NCBI GenBank assembly: GCA_949840465.1 | Contig: CATKXE010000006.1 | Coordinates: forward strand, 964 to 64,963 | Direction: 5' to 3' | Length of the DNA: 64,000 nucleotides | Source of the DNA: an uncultured Lachnospiraceae bacterium | GTDB lineage: Bacteria > Bacillota > Clostridia > Lachnospirales > Lachnospiraceae | Shown here: piece after piece, positions 28,524 through 38,073 of the stretch | How positions within the stretch are numbered: position 1 is the first letter of the stretch | Layout: each line of letters opens with the position of its first letter | The notes under the pieces: model-generated | Told to the model about the DNA's origin: nothing | Seen by the model: the letters and a program-made list of their open reading frames with translations, nothing else | The model's database searches: none | Position numbers and translations under genes: made by a program

Positions 28524-30008
28524 CTATTCTCCCACAGGTACTCCATTGGCGGAAAGTTCCGTTAAGATCTCTGCGATCAGCACCCGTTCATCCATGGGGT
28601 ATTTTACTCCTTTAATTTCCTGATAGTCCTCATGCCCTTTTCCCGCCAATACAATGACATCTCCGGGCCTCCCATTGGCAATGGCATAGCGTATGGCCTC
28701 TTTCCGGTCGCAGATTTCTACATATTTGCCGGAAGTCCTTCCTATCCCGGCCTTAATATCCTCAATAATCGCCTGCGGTTCCTCAAACCTGGGATTATCC
28801 GAGGTGATAATCGACAGGTCAGCCAGACGCCCGGAAACCTCCCCCATCTCATACCTGCGATCCTTTGAACGGTTACCCCCGCACCCAAAAAGGCAGACTA
28901 AGCGGGACGGATGGTATTCCTTCAATGTGGTCAGAAGGCTTTCTAAGCTCATGGCATTGTGGGCATAATCAATCATCAGCGTAAATTCATCCGACACCTT
29001 CACCATCTCGATACGGCCCTTTACCTTTGCCGCCTTCAATGCCCTCTGGATCACGTTTACAGGCACTTTAAAATGGCCGCATACCGCAATGGCGGTCAAA
29101 GAGTTATAGACGCTGAACGTTCCCGGAATGTCAATCTCCACATCAAAATCCATCCCGCCGCGGACGTGGTAAGCCACTCCCAGATACCCCGGCCTGGACA
29201 CCAGATGGATATTTTCCGCACGCAGGCCTGCCTCCTCAGAGAGCCCGAACGTCTCAACTTTACAGGTGGCCTTTTGGAACACGTCTTCAAAATACGGGTC
29301 GTCAACATTTGCAATGCCAAGCCTGCACTGCTGAAACAACAGCCCCTTGCAGCGTTTATAATCCTCAAAATCCTTGTGTTCATTGGGGCCGATATGGTCA
29401 TGCCCCAGATTGGTGAAAATCCCGATCTCAAAGGGAATCCCGGCGGTCCTGTTGAGCATCAGCCCCTGGGAGGACACCTCCATGACCACGCTGTCGCACC
29501 CTGCTTCCACCATTTCTGCAAAATATTTATGGATGGTATAGGACTCCGGCGTTGTGTTCGCAGCGGGAATCTTCTTCTCTCCGATAATGGCCTCAATGGT
29601 GCCGATCAGCCCTACCCTGTACCCCACGTCCTCCAATATGGATTTGATCATGTAAGTCGTGGTGGTCTTCCCCTTGGTTCCCGTAATCCCGATCACTTTC
29701 AGTTTATCCGCCGGATAGCCGAAATATGCCGCAGACATCAATGCCAGCGCGTAACGGGTGTCCTTTACCCGTATCACGCTGACTTCCTCAGGGACAGCGA
29801 CCTCTTTCTCCACAATCAGGGCTGCGGCCCCCTTTGCCGCCACTTCCCCGGCAAACCGATGCCCATCCGAGACTGCGCCGCTGATGCAGACAAAGACCGA
29901 GCCTCTCTCCACGTTTCGGGAATCGTTGCTCAACGTCGTAATCTCCGCCTGATCGCTCCCCTGCGCCACTTCATATTCTAAACGTTCCAGTAACCTGCTT
30001 AATTTCAT
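28524..30008 (-). CDS. murE: UDP-MurNAc-dipeptide ligase MurE
   Basis: GTKGKTT, EVSS, DYAHN, FGCGGNR, SDNPR, GKGHEDYQ. Start reassigned to MKLS. Confidence 0.95.
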   Translation of the reverse strand: MKLSRLLERLEYEVAQGSDQAEITTLSNDSRNVERGSVFVCISGAVSDGHRFAGEVAAKGAAALIVEKEVAVPEEVSVIRVKDTRYALALMSAAYFGYPADKLKVIGITGTKGKTTTTYMIKSILEDVGYRVGLIGTIEAIIGEKKIPAANTTPESYTIHKYFAEMVEAGCDSVVMEVSSQGLMLNRTAGIPFEIGIFTNLGHDHIGPNEHKDFEDYKRCKGLLFQQCRLGIANVDDPYFEDVFQKATCKVETFGLSEEAGLRAENIHLVSRPGYLGVAYHVRGGMDFDVEIDIPGTFSVYNSLTAIAVCGHFKVPVNVIQRALKAAKVKGRIEMVKVSDEFTLMIDYAHNAMSLESLLTTLKEYHPSRLVCLFGCGGNRSKDRRYEMGEVSGRLADLSIITSDNPRFEEPQAIIEDIKAGIGRTSGKYVEICDRKEAIRYAIANGRPGDVIVLAGKGHEDYQEIKGVKYPMDERVLIAEILTELSANGVPVGE

Positions 30009-30044
30009 AATGCCTTCCTCCTCAAAGGAAATTTTGTCTTGTAT

Positions 30045-30073
30045 AGAATAACACAAACCTGGGAATGTTGCAA
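30045..30073 (-). promoter_or_regulatory. sigma-A promoter of murE
   Basis: TTGCAA-N17-TATTCT with an extended TG. Confidence 0.55.
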
Positions 30074-30175
30074 ATAACAGTTGTGGGCCACTTTACAAAT
30101 CCTAAAATCCGTGGCATACTTTAAAACGATGATCGCAGAAGATATGCGGAAACAAACTTGCAGGAGTATTATAAT

Positions 30176-30706
30176 ATGAAACAGACCCTTTTTCGCTTTT
30201 TTAAACCACTGTCATTTCTTCCGGCCCTGATCATGATGTACGTAATCTTCGGTTTTTCCGCGCAGGACGCCGATACCTCAGGAAATCTGAGCATGAATCT
30301 CAGCTGCAAGGTCATAGAGATCGGAAATGACGTATTCAAGAAGGGACTTGATGAACGGCAGATCGAACACTATGCTGCTAAAATCGAGCATCCACTCCGG
30401 AAAATCGCACACATGACGGAATATTTTATACTGGCTCTTACGGTTTCCCTGCCCTTTCATGTATACGGTCTGCGGGGGCTTCCGCTGATGCTGGCGGCCG
30501 GAATCGTCTGTGTTGCATTTGCCGCGGGAGATGAATACCACCAGTCCTTTGTGGCGGGGCGGGGGCCTTCTGTAACGGATGTCGGGATTGACAGCGTAGG
30601 GGTTTTCCTTGGCATCCTGTCTGTACAGATCCTGTGTTGGATTTTCTTTGTCTCTGCGCGAGCAGCGAAAAAAAATTCATCTATTGAAAAAGCCAGCGGG
30701 TCATGA
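30176..30706 (+). CDS. VanZ-like family membrane protein
   Basis: RKIAHMTEYFILA, DEYHQSFVAGR, DVGIDSVG. Confidence 0.88.
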   Translation: MKQTLFRFFKPLSFLPALIMMYVIFGFSAQDADTSGNLSMNLSCKVIEIGNDVFKKGLDERQIEHYAAKIEHPLRKIAHMTEYFILALTVSLPFHVYGLRGLPLMLAAGIVCVAFAAGDEYHQSFVAGRGPSVTDVGIDSVGVFLGILSVQILCWIFFVSARAAKKNSSIEKASGS

Positions 30707-31936
30707 ATCACCCTCTGGCTTTTTTCTTTTTTGCATACTGCTTGCTTTCATTACCGCACTGTCGCCATATTTTTTCTTAATCTTCCTCATCGCTGCATTC
30801 AGCCGCTCATGCTTTTCATCTTTTGGCTTCGGCGGTTCTATGTCAAAAATAGAGAGCTGCTCCGGTTCCGCGGCATCCACCAGCTTTGCCGTCCGGATTC
30901 CCAAGAGCCGCACCGGCTCCCCGCTCCATGCCTCCAAAAACAGACGGCAGGCGCTGTCATATAGAACCCGCTCTTCACAGGTCGGCTTCGTAAGCTGCAT
31001 CTGATGGGAAATACTCTGGAAATCATGGTACTTGATCTCCATACTGACCATACATGCTTTTTGACCGGCTTTGCGAAGCCTTTTTCCTACGCTTTCCGCA
31101 AGTTCGGCAAATACGGCTTTCGCCTCTTCATAAGTGGCAGCGTCCTCGGCCAATGTTGTAGAATTCCCGATTCCTTTGGCCTCCGCCTGCTCCCAGTGGA
31201 CGCTCGAGCGGTCAATGCCGTTGGCAAATTCCCACAGCATTTTCCCATGGCTTTTTAAATGCAGCTCGACGAGTGCGAGGTCTGCATTGGCCAGATCACC
31301 GATCGTATGGATTTCCAGTTTCTTTAGTACATCCACACTGGATTTCCCTGCCATAAATAATTCTCCCACAGGCAGGGGCCACATCTTCTCAGCGACTTCT
31401 TTCACAAATAAAGTATGTACTTTATCCGGTTTGTCGAAATCCGATGCCATCTTTGCCAGCAGTTTATTCTCTGAGATTCCGATATTGACAGTAAAGCCAA
31501 ATCTTTCCCTGATTCCGTTTTTTATGAAAAACGCGGCGTCCAATGGAGACGGATACCGGTGGGCAATCTCCGAGAAGTCCATATAACATTCATCCACACT
31601 CACCTGCTCGATCTTTGTGGTAAATCCACGCAGATATTCCATGAGCTTTTTGCTTTTCTCACGGTACATGCTGTGATCCGGCGGTTCCACCACCAGACCG
31701 GGGCATTTGCGCAGCGCGTTTACCACAGGCTCCCCTGTGCGGATACCGTATTTTTTTGCCGGGATCGATTTTGCAAGAACCACGCCATGGCGGGACTTTT
31801 TATCTCCCCCGATGATGGACGGTATGTCCCGCAGGTCCACTTGAGCTTTGTTCTTCAACTGCTCCACTGCTGTCCAGCTTAAATAAGCGGAATTTACATC
31901 TATATGGAATATTACGGATTGTCTAGAGATTCTCAC
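30701..31936 (-). CDS. dinB: DNA polymerase IV
   Basis: FHIDVNSAY, SVDECYMD, KLLAKMASDFDKP, VRLLGI. Probable GTG start overlaps the hemerythrin 3' end. Confidence 0.93.
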   Translation of the reverse strand: MRISRQSVIFHIDVNSAYLSWTAVEQLKNKAQVDLRDIPSIIGGDKKSRHGVVLAKSIPAKKYGIRTGEPVVNALRKCPGLVVEPPDHSMYREKSKKLMEYLRGFTTKIEQVSVDECYMDFSEIAHRYPSPLDAAFFIKNGIRERFGFTVNIGISENKLLAKMASDFDKPDKVHTLFVKEVAEKMWPLPVGELFMAGKSSVDVLKKLEIHTIGDLANADLALVELHLKSHGKMLWEFANGIDRSSVHWEQAEAKGIGNSTTLAEDAATYEEAKAVFAELAESVGKRLRKAGQKACMVSMEIKYHDFQSISHQMQLTKPTCEERVLYDSACRLFLEAWSGEPVRLLGIRTAKLVDAAEPEQLSIFDIEPPKPKDEKHERLNAAMRKIKKKYGDSAVMKASSMQKRKKPEGDS

Positions 31937-32345
31937 TGTTCCCACGCATAAATTTGTACTCCGCCACAGAGCGGTCAAACCCCTTGATATGACGGTACAA
32001 CCAGTCGATCACATTCTTGTTCACCTGCTCGACGAAGCTTTCCGTGGGGCCTTCCTCTTCTACAAGCATCTCGTGGAGCTCGTCCACAACTTTTCTCAGC
32101 TTATTGTGCTCCTCTTTATGCTCTTTCAGCCCAGGATATGCCAAATCCTCCTGAAGCTTCTCTTCTGCCGTGAAATGAAAATCCGTGTATTCCGCCAGAT
32201 AATCCAGCGTCCTGACTGCCGCCAGCTTGTCATTCCCCGCCTCGCAGCTGTCTAAAAGCCCGTTGATCTTCGCGATCAGTTCCTTATGCTGGGAATCGAT
32301 CATCTCATTTCCGGTTACCAGTGTGTCGTCAAATTCTGCTCTCAT
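31923..32345 (-). CDS. bacteriohemerythrin
   Basis: IDSQHKEL, HFTAEE, HKEEH, WLYRHIKGFD. Confidence 0.92.
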   Translation of the reverse strand: MRAEFDDTLVTGNEMIDSQHKELIAKINGLLDSCEAGNDKLAAVRTLDYLAEYTDFHFTAEEKLQEDLAYPGLKEHKEEHNKLRKVVDELHEMLVEEEGPTESFVEQVNKNVIDWLYRHIKGFDRSVAEYKFMRGNSENL

Positions 32346-32368
32346 TATTTTTTTACCTTTCCTTTCTT

Positions 32369-33205
32369 TTATATCTTTCCATTCTTAAACATCATGATCA
32401 TCTCATTGGTCAGGCTGTCCCTGGAAGGGGAAACCGGAATCTCGTCCCGCTCAAACCACTCTGCCAGAGCCAGTTCCTCTTCATCCAGGCAGATCTTGTC
32501 CGAACCCTCCAGATCACAGTAGAAGCCCATCAAAATGGTCTCCGTAAACGGCCATGGCTGGCTTTTATAATAGCGGATATTCTTCACCTTCAGCCCCACC
32601 TCTTCCATGACCTCTCTGGCCACGGTCTCCTCCATGGTCTCGCCGATCTCCGTATATCCGGCAAGAAGGGCATATTTTTTATAAGTCCGCCCTGCATATT
32701 TGGACAGGAGAAGGCGATTTTGATCCGTCACTCCGATAATGACCGCCGGACAGATCTTCGGATATTCCATGGATCCGCATTTCTCACAATACAGCATCCT
32801 CTCTTTATGGTCCGGCTTTGTCGGGCTGCCGCATTGCCCGCAGTACCGATGCTTTTTATACCAGCCATATAACTGATGCCCTGTAGCCCCGGCGAACGCC
32901 CTGTACTGCGGATCTGCTCTGCGGAAAATCTCCATATCCTCCATCCGGAAATCTTCCGGATACGCCGGGACGACGTCTCTGACCAGATAATAGCGTTCTG
33001 CGTCTATCTGAAACAAATAGATACTGTTTTCATAAATTTTCTTATTTTCTTCCTCCAGATCCGCAAATGTCGGAAATACGATCTCATCCCCTGCTTTTTT
33101 CAGCAGGCAGGCGCGTCCGTCATAACAGAGCGCAACGCTGTCTTTGTCCGGCGGTACAGGATGATATGTATTATCCAAATGATACGGCGCAATATCCTGT
33201 ATCAT
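32369..33205 (-). CDS. nudC: NADH pyrophosphatase
   Basis: Zn ribbon CGQCG...CEKCG, YPKICPAVI, Nudix box AGYTEIGETMEETVAREVMEEVG, SQPWPF. Start reassigned to MIQD. Confidence 0.93.
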   Translation of the reverse strand: MIQDIAPYHLDNTYHPVPPDKDSVALCYDGRACLLKKAGDEIVFPTFADLEEENKKIYENSIYLFQIDAERYYLVRDVVPAYPEDFRMEDMEIFRRADPQYRAFAGATGHQLYGWYKKHRYCGQCGSPTKPDHKERMLYCEKCGSMEYPKICPAVIIGVTDQNRLLLSKYAGRTYKKYALLAGYTEIGETMEETVAREVMEEVGLKVKNIRYYKSQPWPFTETILMGFYCDLEGSDKICLDEEELALAEWFERDEIPVSPSRDSLTNEMIMMFKNGKI

Positions 33206-33384
33206 GGTTCTTTTCCTTCTTTCTCTTCTGGAAAACAGAAATGGCAGTTTCTCTGCCGTTCCACAGGAACTTCCGGAAAACAATCGGTCTGTATCCGAAT
33301 ATTTCCATACAGTTCCCAAACAAGCCGCCACAGAATGTTCCCATCCCCATAGCGGCCTGCACTTTTCTTTTTATTCCTGGCTTT

Positions 33385-33612
33385 TTATTCATTACCGGAA
33401 AGAGTGGAAAGGATGTCCTCAATGCTCTTACCCGACTCTACAACAGCCTGATATAAAGCTTCCTTTTTCTCCTCCTTCATCTGCTTATCTATCTCTTTTC
33501 TTTTCTGCTTCAGAGCTTTAATCTGTTCTTCATATTCGGCAATCTCGTTATTGACTGCCGCTAACTGCTCCTCCAATGTAAGATTAACCTGTTTTTTGCG
33601 TCCTCTTGCCAT
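33385..33612 (-). CDS. small coiled-coil protein
   Basis: 75 aa, GGAGG RBS, heptad pattern LEEQLAAVNNEIAEYEEQIKALKQKRKEI, tail ESGKSIEDIL. Confidence 0.75.
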   Translation of the reverse strand: MARGRKKQVNLTLEEQLAAVNNEIAEYEEQIKALKQKRKEIDKQMKEEKKEALYQAVVESGKSIEDILSTLSGNE

Positions 33613-33818
33613 TCTTAATCCTCCAAATCTAAATATTTTCTTTATTCTAACACTACTTTAAAAAAATTACTATAGATTATTATTTTTTTTAGAAAATTTT
33701 TGCATAAGAATGGCTGCATGTGAATCCCTCAGACAGCACCGCAGGAATCATGGTTCATCCGGAAGATGAACCGTGTGCTGCAGAGAAGCCATAAATGATT
33801 TCAACTCCATAAGAATCA

Positions 33819-33844
33819 GGGGACGCCCTGCGAAGAAGCGCCCC
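33819..33844 (-). terminator. hairpin after the GH32 gene
   Basis: GC-rich stem ggggcgc...gcgtcccc followed by tgattctt. Confidence 0.5.
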
Positions 33845-33862
33845 CCTCTGAACTCTCTTTGA

Positions 33863-35353
33863 TCAATCCAAATCATATTTTACAACATCCATCCGGACCT
33901 TGCCGTCTGCGAAGAAGGAAATCCCGTCTGCCGCCGGGTCTGTGTAGAACGTCGCCGTCATCACCTGTTCCCCGTCATTAATAAAAGCTTCCACACTGAA
34001 CCGATCCAGAACGATCCTTAATTTCAGTTCTTCCCCCCGGCCATTGACCTTGCATCTCCGCTGATGAATGAGCGCCCTGCGGGAACCGGAGAACTTCCGG
34101 TCAATTTTCAGAACGGATTCATACGGCCGGAAACTCAAAGAGGTCTGATATTCCCCGTTCTGGGCAAAACGTATTGCAAATTTCCGATAGCTGCCGTCCT
34201 GTTCCGCCGGACGGACGGATAACTCCATATCAATCCTGCGTCCCCGGATTCCTTCCAGATGGATGGTATTATTTTCCAGAGTCACACCGGAATACTCCAC
34301 CTTATTTTTCCGCATGCCGTAAAGCTCCCTGACCGGTTTCTGGTACAGCCTTCCGTTCTTTACGGAAAGCTCTCTGGGAAGGCTCATCTGCCCAAACCAT
34401 TTCTGATAAGGGGAATGAGGCATGCTGGTGTCCCAGTTCTGCATCCAGCCGATCATGACCCTGCGTCCGTCCGGCGTGAGCACGGTCTGGGGGGCATAAA
34501 AATCAATTCCATAATCAATGGAATGTTTGTTTTTTTCTGTAAAAGAGAGCGTCTTTTGGTCAAATTCTCCGATCAGGCAGAGCGTTCCGTTCCCATTGTG
34601 GAATTCAAAGCCCTGGGGCAGCATATCCTGGGGGCTGGTAAGCAGCACCCATTTCCCGTCCAGTTCAAAGAAATCCGGGCATTCCCACATCTTTCCAAAA
34701 CGGTTTTGGTTCTCTGCAAGTACTTTTTCATATTTCCATTGAAAGGCATCTTCACTGGAGAAAAGCAGAATCTGTCCGCTTCCATCCGCCGGGCGGTTTC
34801 CAACGACGCACCAGTACTTTCCGTCTGCGTCTCTCCACATTTTCGGATCCCGGAAATCCTCTCTGCTGAACCCCTGGGGCAAATCTTTTCCGTCAAGAAC
34901 CGGATTGCAGTCACATTTTTCATAATCCACACCGTCGCCAACGGCAATACATTGTGTCTGTATGTCACAGTGTCCGCCATTCCACTGGGGGGTACGCACC
35001 ACTCCCGTATACATCAAAAGCTGTCTGCCGTCAGGAAGTTCGACTGCGCTGCCGGAAAAACAGCCGTCTCTGTCATAAGCCTCATCCGGCGCCAGCGCAG
35101 CAGGAAGAAATTCCCAATGCAGAAGGTCTTTGCTCACCGCATGGCCCCAATGCATATCCCCCCATTTGGTATCATAAGGATAATACTGGTAAAACATATG
35201 GTACCGGCCCTTATAATAAGAAAATCCATTAGGGTCATTCATCCAGCCGGTACGGACAGACAAATGGAAATCAGGCCGTTCTTCTATCTTAATCATTTTT
35301 TCGGAAGCCTCTTCATACTTCCTTGCTTCTCTCAATGTCTGGCTTGTCATCAT
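33863..35353 (-). CDS. GH32 beta-fructofuranosidase
   Basis: WMNDPNG, WGH, FSGS, RDP, WECPD. No signal peptide. Confidence 0.95.
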   Translation of the reverse strand: MMTSQTLREARKYEEASEKMIKIEERPDFHLSVRTGWMNDPNGFSYYKGRYHMFYQYYPYDTKWGDMHWGHAVSKDLLHWEFLPAALAPDEAYDRDGCFSGSAVELPDGRQLLMYTGVVRTPQWNGGHCDIQTQCIAVGDGVDYEKCDCNPVLDGKDLPQGFSREDFRDPKMWRDADGKYWCVVGNRPADGSGQILLFSSEDAFQWKYEKVLAENQNRFGKMWECPDFFELDGKWVLLTSPQDMLPQGFEFHNGNGTLCLIGEFDQKTLSFTEKNKHSIDYGIDFYAPQTVLTPDGRRVMIGWMQNWDTSMPHSPYQKWFGQMSLPRELSVKNGRLYQKPVRELYGMRKNKVEYSGVTLENNTIHLEGIRGRRIDMELSVRPAEQDGSYRKFAIRFAQNGEYQTSLSFRPYESVLKIDRKFSGSRRALIHQRRCKVNGRGEELKLRIVLDRFSVEAFINDGEQVMTATFYTDPAADGISFFADGKVRMDVVKYDLD

Positions 35354-35482
35354 TCATTTTCCTTCCTCTCATCAAATATAAAATCCATGCCGACCAGATG
35401 CTTAGAACAGCAGACCGCGGTCTCGCCCGCAGCCGCCGCTCTATATCTTTCGTCATATAATGACATTGTACATCATTTTTAC

Positions 35483-37153
35483 TTATTCTGCCATCTGTGC
35501 GTTATAGGAATCCAGATATTTCTGAAATAATCCCAGATACTCATCCAACCCATATGCATCCAGATCATCCAGAAATTTCTCCCAGTCTGCATCCGTAAAT
35601 CCATTCATGATCCAGTCTGCCTTATGCCTGTTGATCGTCTTCTCGATATCCGCCTGCAGGTTGGACAGTTTTTCGGTGTCGTCCCTGCTCATAAAAAGAT
35701 TGGGATAGACATATTTTGTATGCATATCCGGCGTGTAGATGTCTTTGATCCAATCCAGACGGTACTGGGCATCATCCGGGCAGGTCACATATACATCATA
35801 ATACTCATCCAGAATGGCCAGCGGCCCTCCGACAGATTCGGCCTCCCTGACTTCCACCGGGGACGCGTCGCCTAAAGGAGCATGTTTGAGCATATCCCCC
35901 CCCTGGTCGTTGGTACTCATCTCGAAGATATCAAAGTCATCATCTTCCCCGTAGGTCCCCCAATTATTCTGCGGCGACTGGATCGGCGCATACATCTGAT
36001 CCAGCCATGCGCATACCAGCGCAGGGTTCTCCGCCACAGAGGTTACCACGCACCGCCCCCTGTCAAACCCGCTGGTATAGGAACCATTCTGGGGAGTGAT
36101 ATTTCTGGTATCCGCCGTCAGCGCCGGGAGCGGAACCCAGTCATTCAGGTTGTCGATATTTCCCACGTCCCAGCTGAAGCATACGCCGTAGCGTCCGGAT
36201 TTTCCTTTTGCCACATAGGTAGACCATTCCTGGGTAAATGCCTCCGGGTCAATAAGTTTTTCCTCATACAGCTTGTGCAGCCATTCGATCCCTTTTTTGA
36301 ACCCTTCCTGCGTGGCGGCACAGATTACCTCCTGATCGTCCGTCACCGCAATATGCCTGCCTCTGTCGGCATCACCGTAGCCTTCCCCGAAACCATTGAT
36401 CAAGATCGCCGGATCCTGATCGCCGTCATTTACAATACAGGACATGGGAATGATTGCTCCATCTATATGAAATTCTTTTTGGATGTCTGATGCATTGTCG
36501 CGGAATGCCAGCAAAACCTCTTCAAATTCATCGACTGTCTCCGGGATCTCCAGACCCAGAAAGTCCAGCCATTTTTTATTGATAAAACTCATATCGCCAA
36601 TGGTCTGGATCGCTGTCTTTTCTGAGCCAAGCTGCTCGATCCAGGGAAGCGACCAGATATGGCCGTTCACATCCGTACACATCACTCTGTATTCCGGATA
36701 TTTGTCAAATACGGATTTCAGGTTCGGCATATAGTTGTCAATATATTCCTCCAGAGGGATGATCGCGCCGAACTCCCCGTACTTGAGCAGATTGCTGTCT
36801 GTAAAGCCCGCCGAAAAAACAAAATCCGTCAGCTTATTCGGGTCGGACATATTCAGGGAAATCTTATCCGCCCACTGGTCTGAGGGAATCGCAGTCCAGT
36901 CGATCTCCACGTTGGTCTGCTCCTGAAGGCGCTTAAAAATTGTCCTTTTATTCGGATCGGACTCCGTATTGGGCGGATAGCTGATGAGGCCGGTCAGAGT
37001 CACGGTTTCCTTCTGCGGAAACTGCAGCGTTGCCTCGTCCACCGGACGGAACGTGCCGTCATTGATCTTCACCTTGCCGCAGCCTGCCATAGAAAGTACC
37101 ATACAGCCTGCAAGCGCCGCTGCCATGATACGCTTTATTTTTCCATATTTCAT
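35483..37153 (-). CDS. ABC sugar-binding lipoprotein, FusA-like (fructo-oligosaccharide)
   Basis: Lipobox LSMAGC. Segments LPWIEQLG, QNNWGTYG and GGPLAILDEYY resemble pneumococcal FusA as recalled. Confidence 0.85.
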   Translation of the reverse strand: MKYGKIKRIMAAALAGCMVLSMAGCGKVKINDGTFRPVDEATLQFPQKETVTLTGLISYPPNTESDPNKRTIFKRLQEQTNVEIDWTAIPSDQWADKISLNMSDPNKLTDFVFSAGFTDSNLLKYGEFGAIIPLEEYIDNYMPNLKSVFDKYPEYRVMCTDVNGHIWSLPWIEQLGSEKTAIQTIGDMSFINKKWLDFLGLEIPETVDEFEEVLLAFRDNASDIQKEFHIDGAIIPMSCIVNDGDQDPAILINGFGEGYGDADRGRHIAVTDDQEVICAATQEGFKKGIEWLHKLYEEKLIDPEAFTQEWSTYVAKGKSGRYGVCFSWDVGNIDNLNDWVPLPALTADTRNITPQNGSYTSGFDRGRCVVTSVAENPALVCAWLDQMYAPIQSPQNNWGTYGEDDDFDIFEMSTNDQGGDMLKHAPLGDASPVEVREAESVGGPLAILDEYYDVYVTCPDDAQYRLDWIKDIYTPDMHTKYVYPNLFMSRDDTEKLSNLQADIEKTINRHKADWIMNGFTDADWEKFLDDLDAYGLDEYLGLFQKYLDSYNAQMAE

Positions 37154-37169
37154 AGTGTATGCTCCTTTC

Positions 37170-38057
37170 TCAACCCTTTACAGCGCCTGCCATGATCCCG
37201 CTGTCAAAATATTTCTGGAAGAACGGGTACATGATCAGAAGCGGCAAACTGGAAATAATAATGGTTGCATATTTCAAGAGCTCTGCCAGCTGGGCGCGGG
37301 CTGCCGTACTCTGCATATCGGAAATCATGCCGGACTCCGGCTGGTTCTGGATCAGGATGGAGCGGAGCACAAGCTGCAGAGGCTGCCTTGCGGAATCATT
37401 GATGTAGATCATCGCGTCAAAGTAGCTGTTCCACATTCCGACAAACTGCCACAGGGCGAGCACTGCGATCACAGGCGTGCAGACCGGAAGCAGGATCTTG
37501 AAGAAGAACGTCAGCTCATTCGCCCCGTCCACATCCGCCGCTTCCCGAAGTTCCTTCGGAATTCCGCGGTAATAGGTTCTGGCAATGGTCATGTTCCAAA
37601 CGCTGAAAGCCCCTGGGAGGATGACCGCCCACATGCTGTCCACCAGGCCTAAGTTACTCACAACCAGATAAGTCGGGATCAGGCCGCCGCCGAAGAACAT
37701 GGTAATCATGAAAATGATATTGAAAAATCCCCTTCCTTTGAAATCCGCTCTGGATAGCGGGTAAGCAGCCAAAAGCGTAACCACTACGGACACCGCCGTA
37801 AACACCACGGAGTAGATGACCGCGTTTTTAAAGCCGATCCAGATCTGGCTGTTGGACATGACACGCTCATAAGCCGTTGTGGTCCATTTGCTGAGATCAA
37901 ATGTGATTCCTTTGTTCTGCAGCGTGATCGGATCCATGAAAGATGCCACGACGATGTAGATCATGGGCACAATGATCGCAACTACAAACAGCCCGAGAAG
38001 TATGTATCCAACTGTCAATAATAACTTGTCCTGACCGGAATATCTTGTTTTTACCAC
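37170..38057 (-). CDS. carbohydrate ABC permease
   Basis: EAA motif LREAADVDGA, multiple TM helices. GTG start with GGAGG RBS. Confidence 0.92.
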   Translation of the reverse strand: MVKTRYSGQDKLLLTVGYILLGLFVVAIIVPMIYIVVASFMDPITLQNKGITFDLSKWTTTAYERVMSNSQIWIGFKNAVIYSVVFTAVSVVVTLLAAYPLSRADFKGRGFFNIIFMITMFFGGGLIPTYLVVSNLGLVDSMWAVILPGAFSVWNMTIARTYYRGIPKELREAADVDGANELTFFFKILLPVCTPVIAVLALWQFVGMWNSYFDAMIYINDSARQPLQLVLRSILIQNQPESGMISDMQSTAARAQLAELLKYATIIISSLPLLIMYPFFQKYFDSGIMAGAVKG

Positions 38058-38073
38058 TTCGTATGCACCTCCT

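Noticed and set aside
28959-29981. 340-aa plus-strand ORF, and the many other short antisense ORFs
   Set aside because: They lie opposite well-supported genes (here murE) and have no motifs.
34259-35530. 423-aa plus-strand ORF
   Set aside because: Antisense shadow of the GH32 gene.
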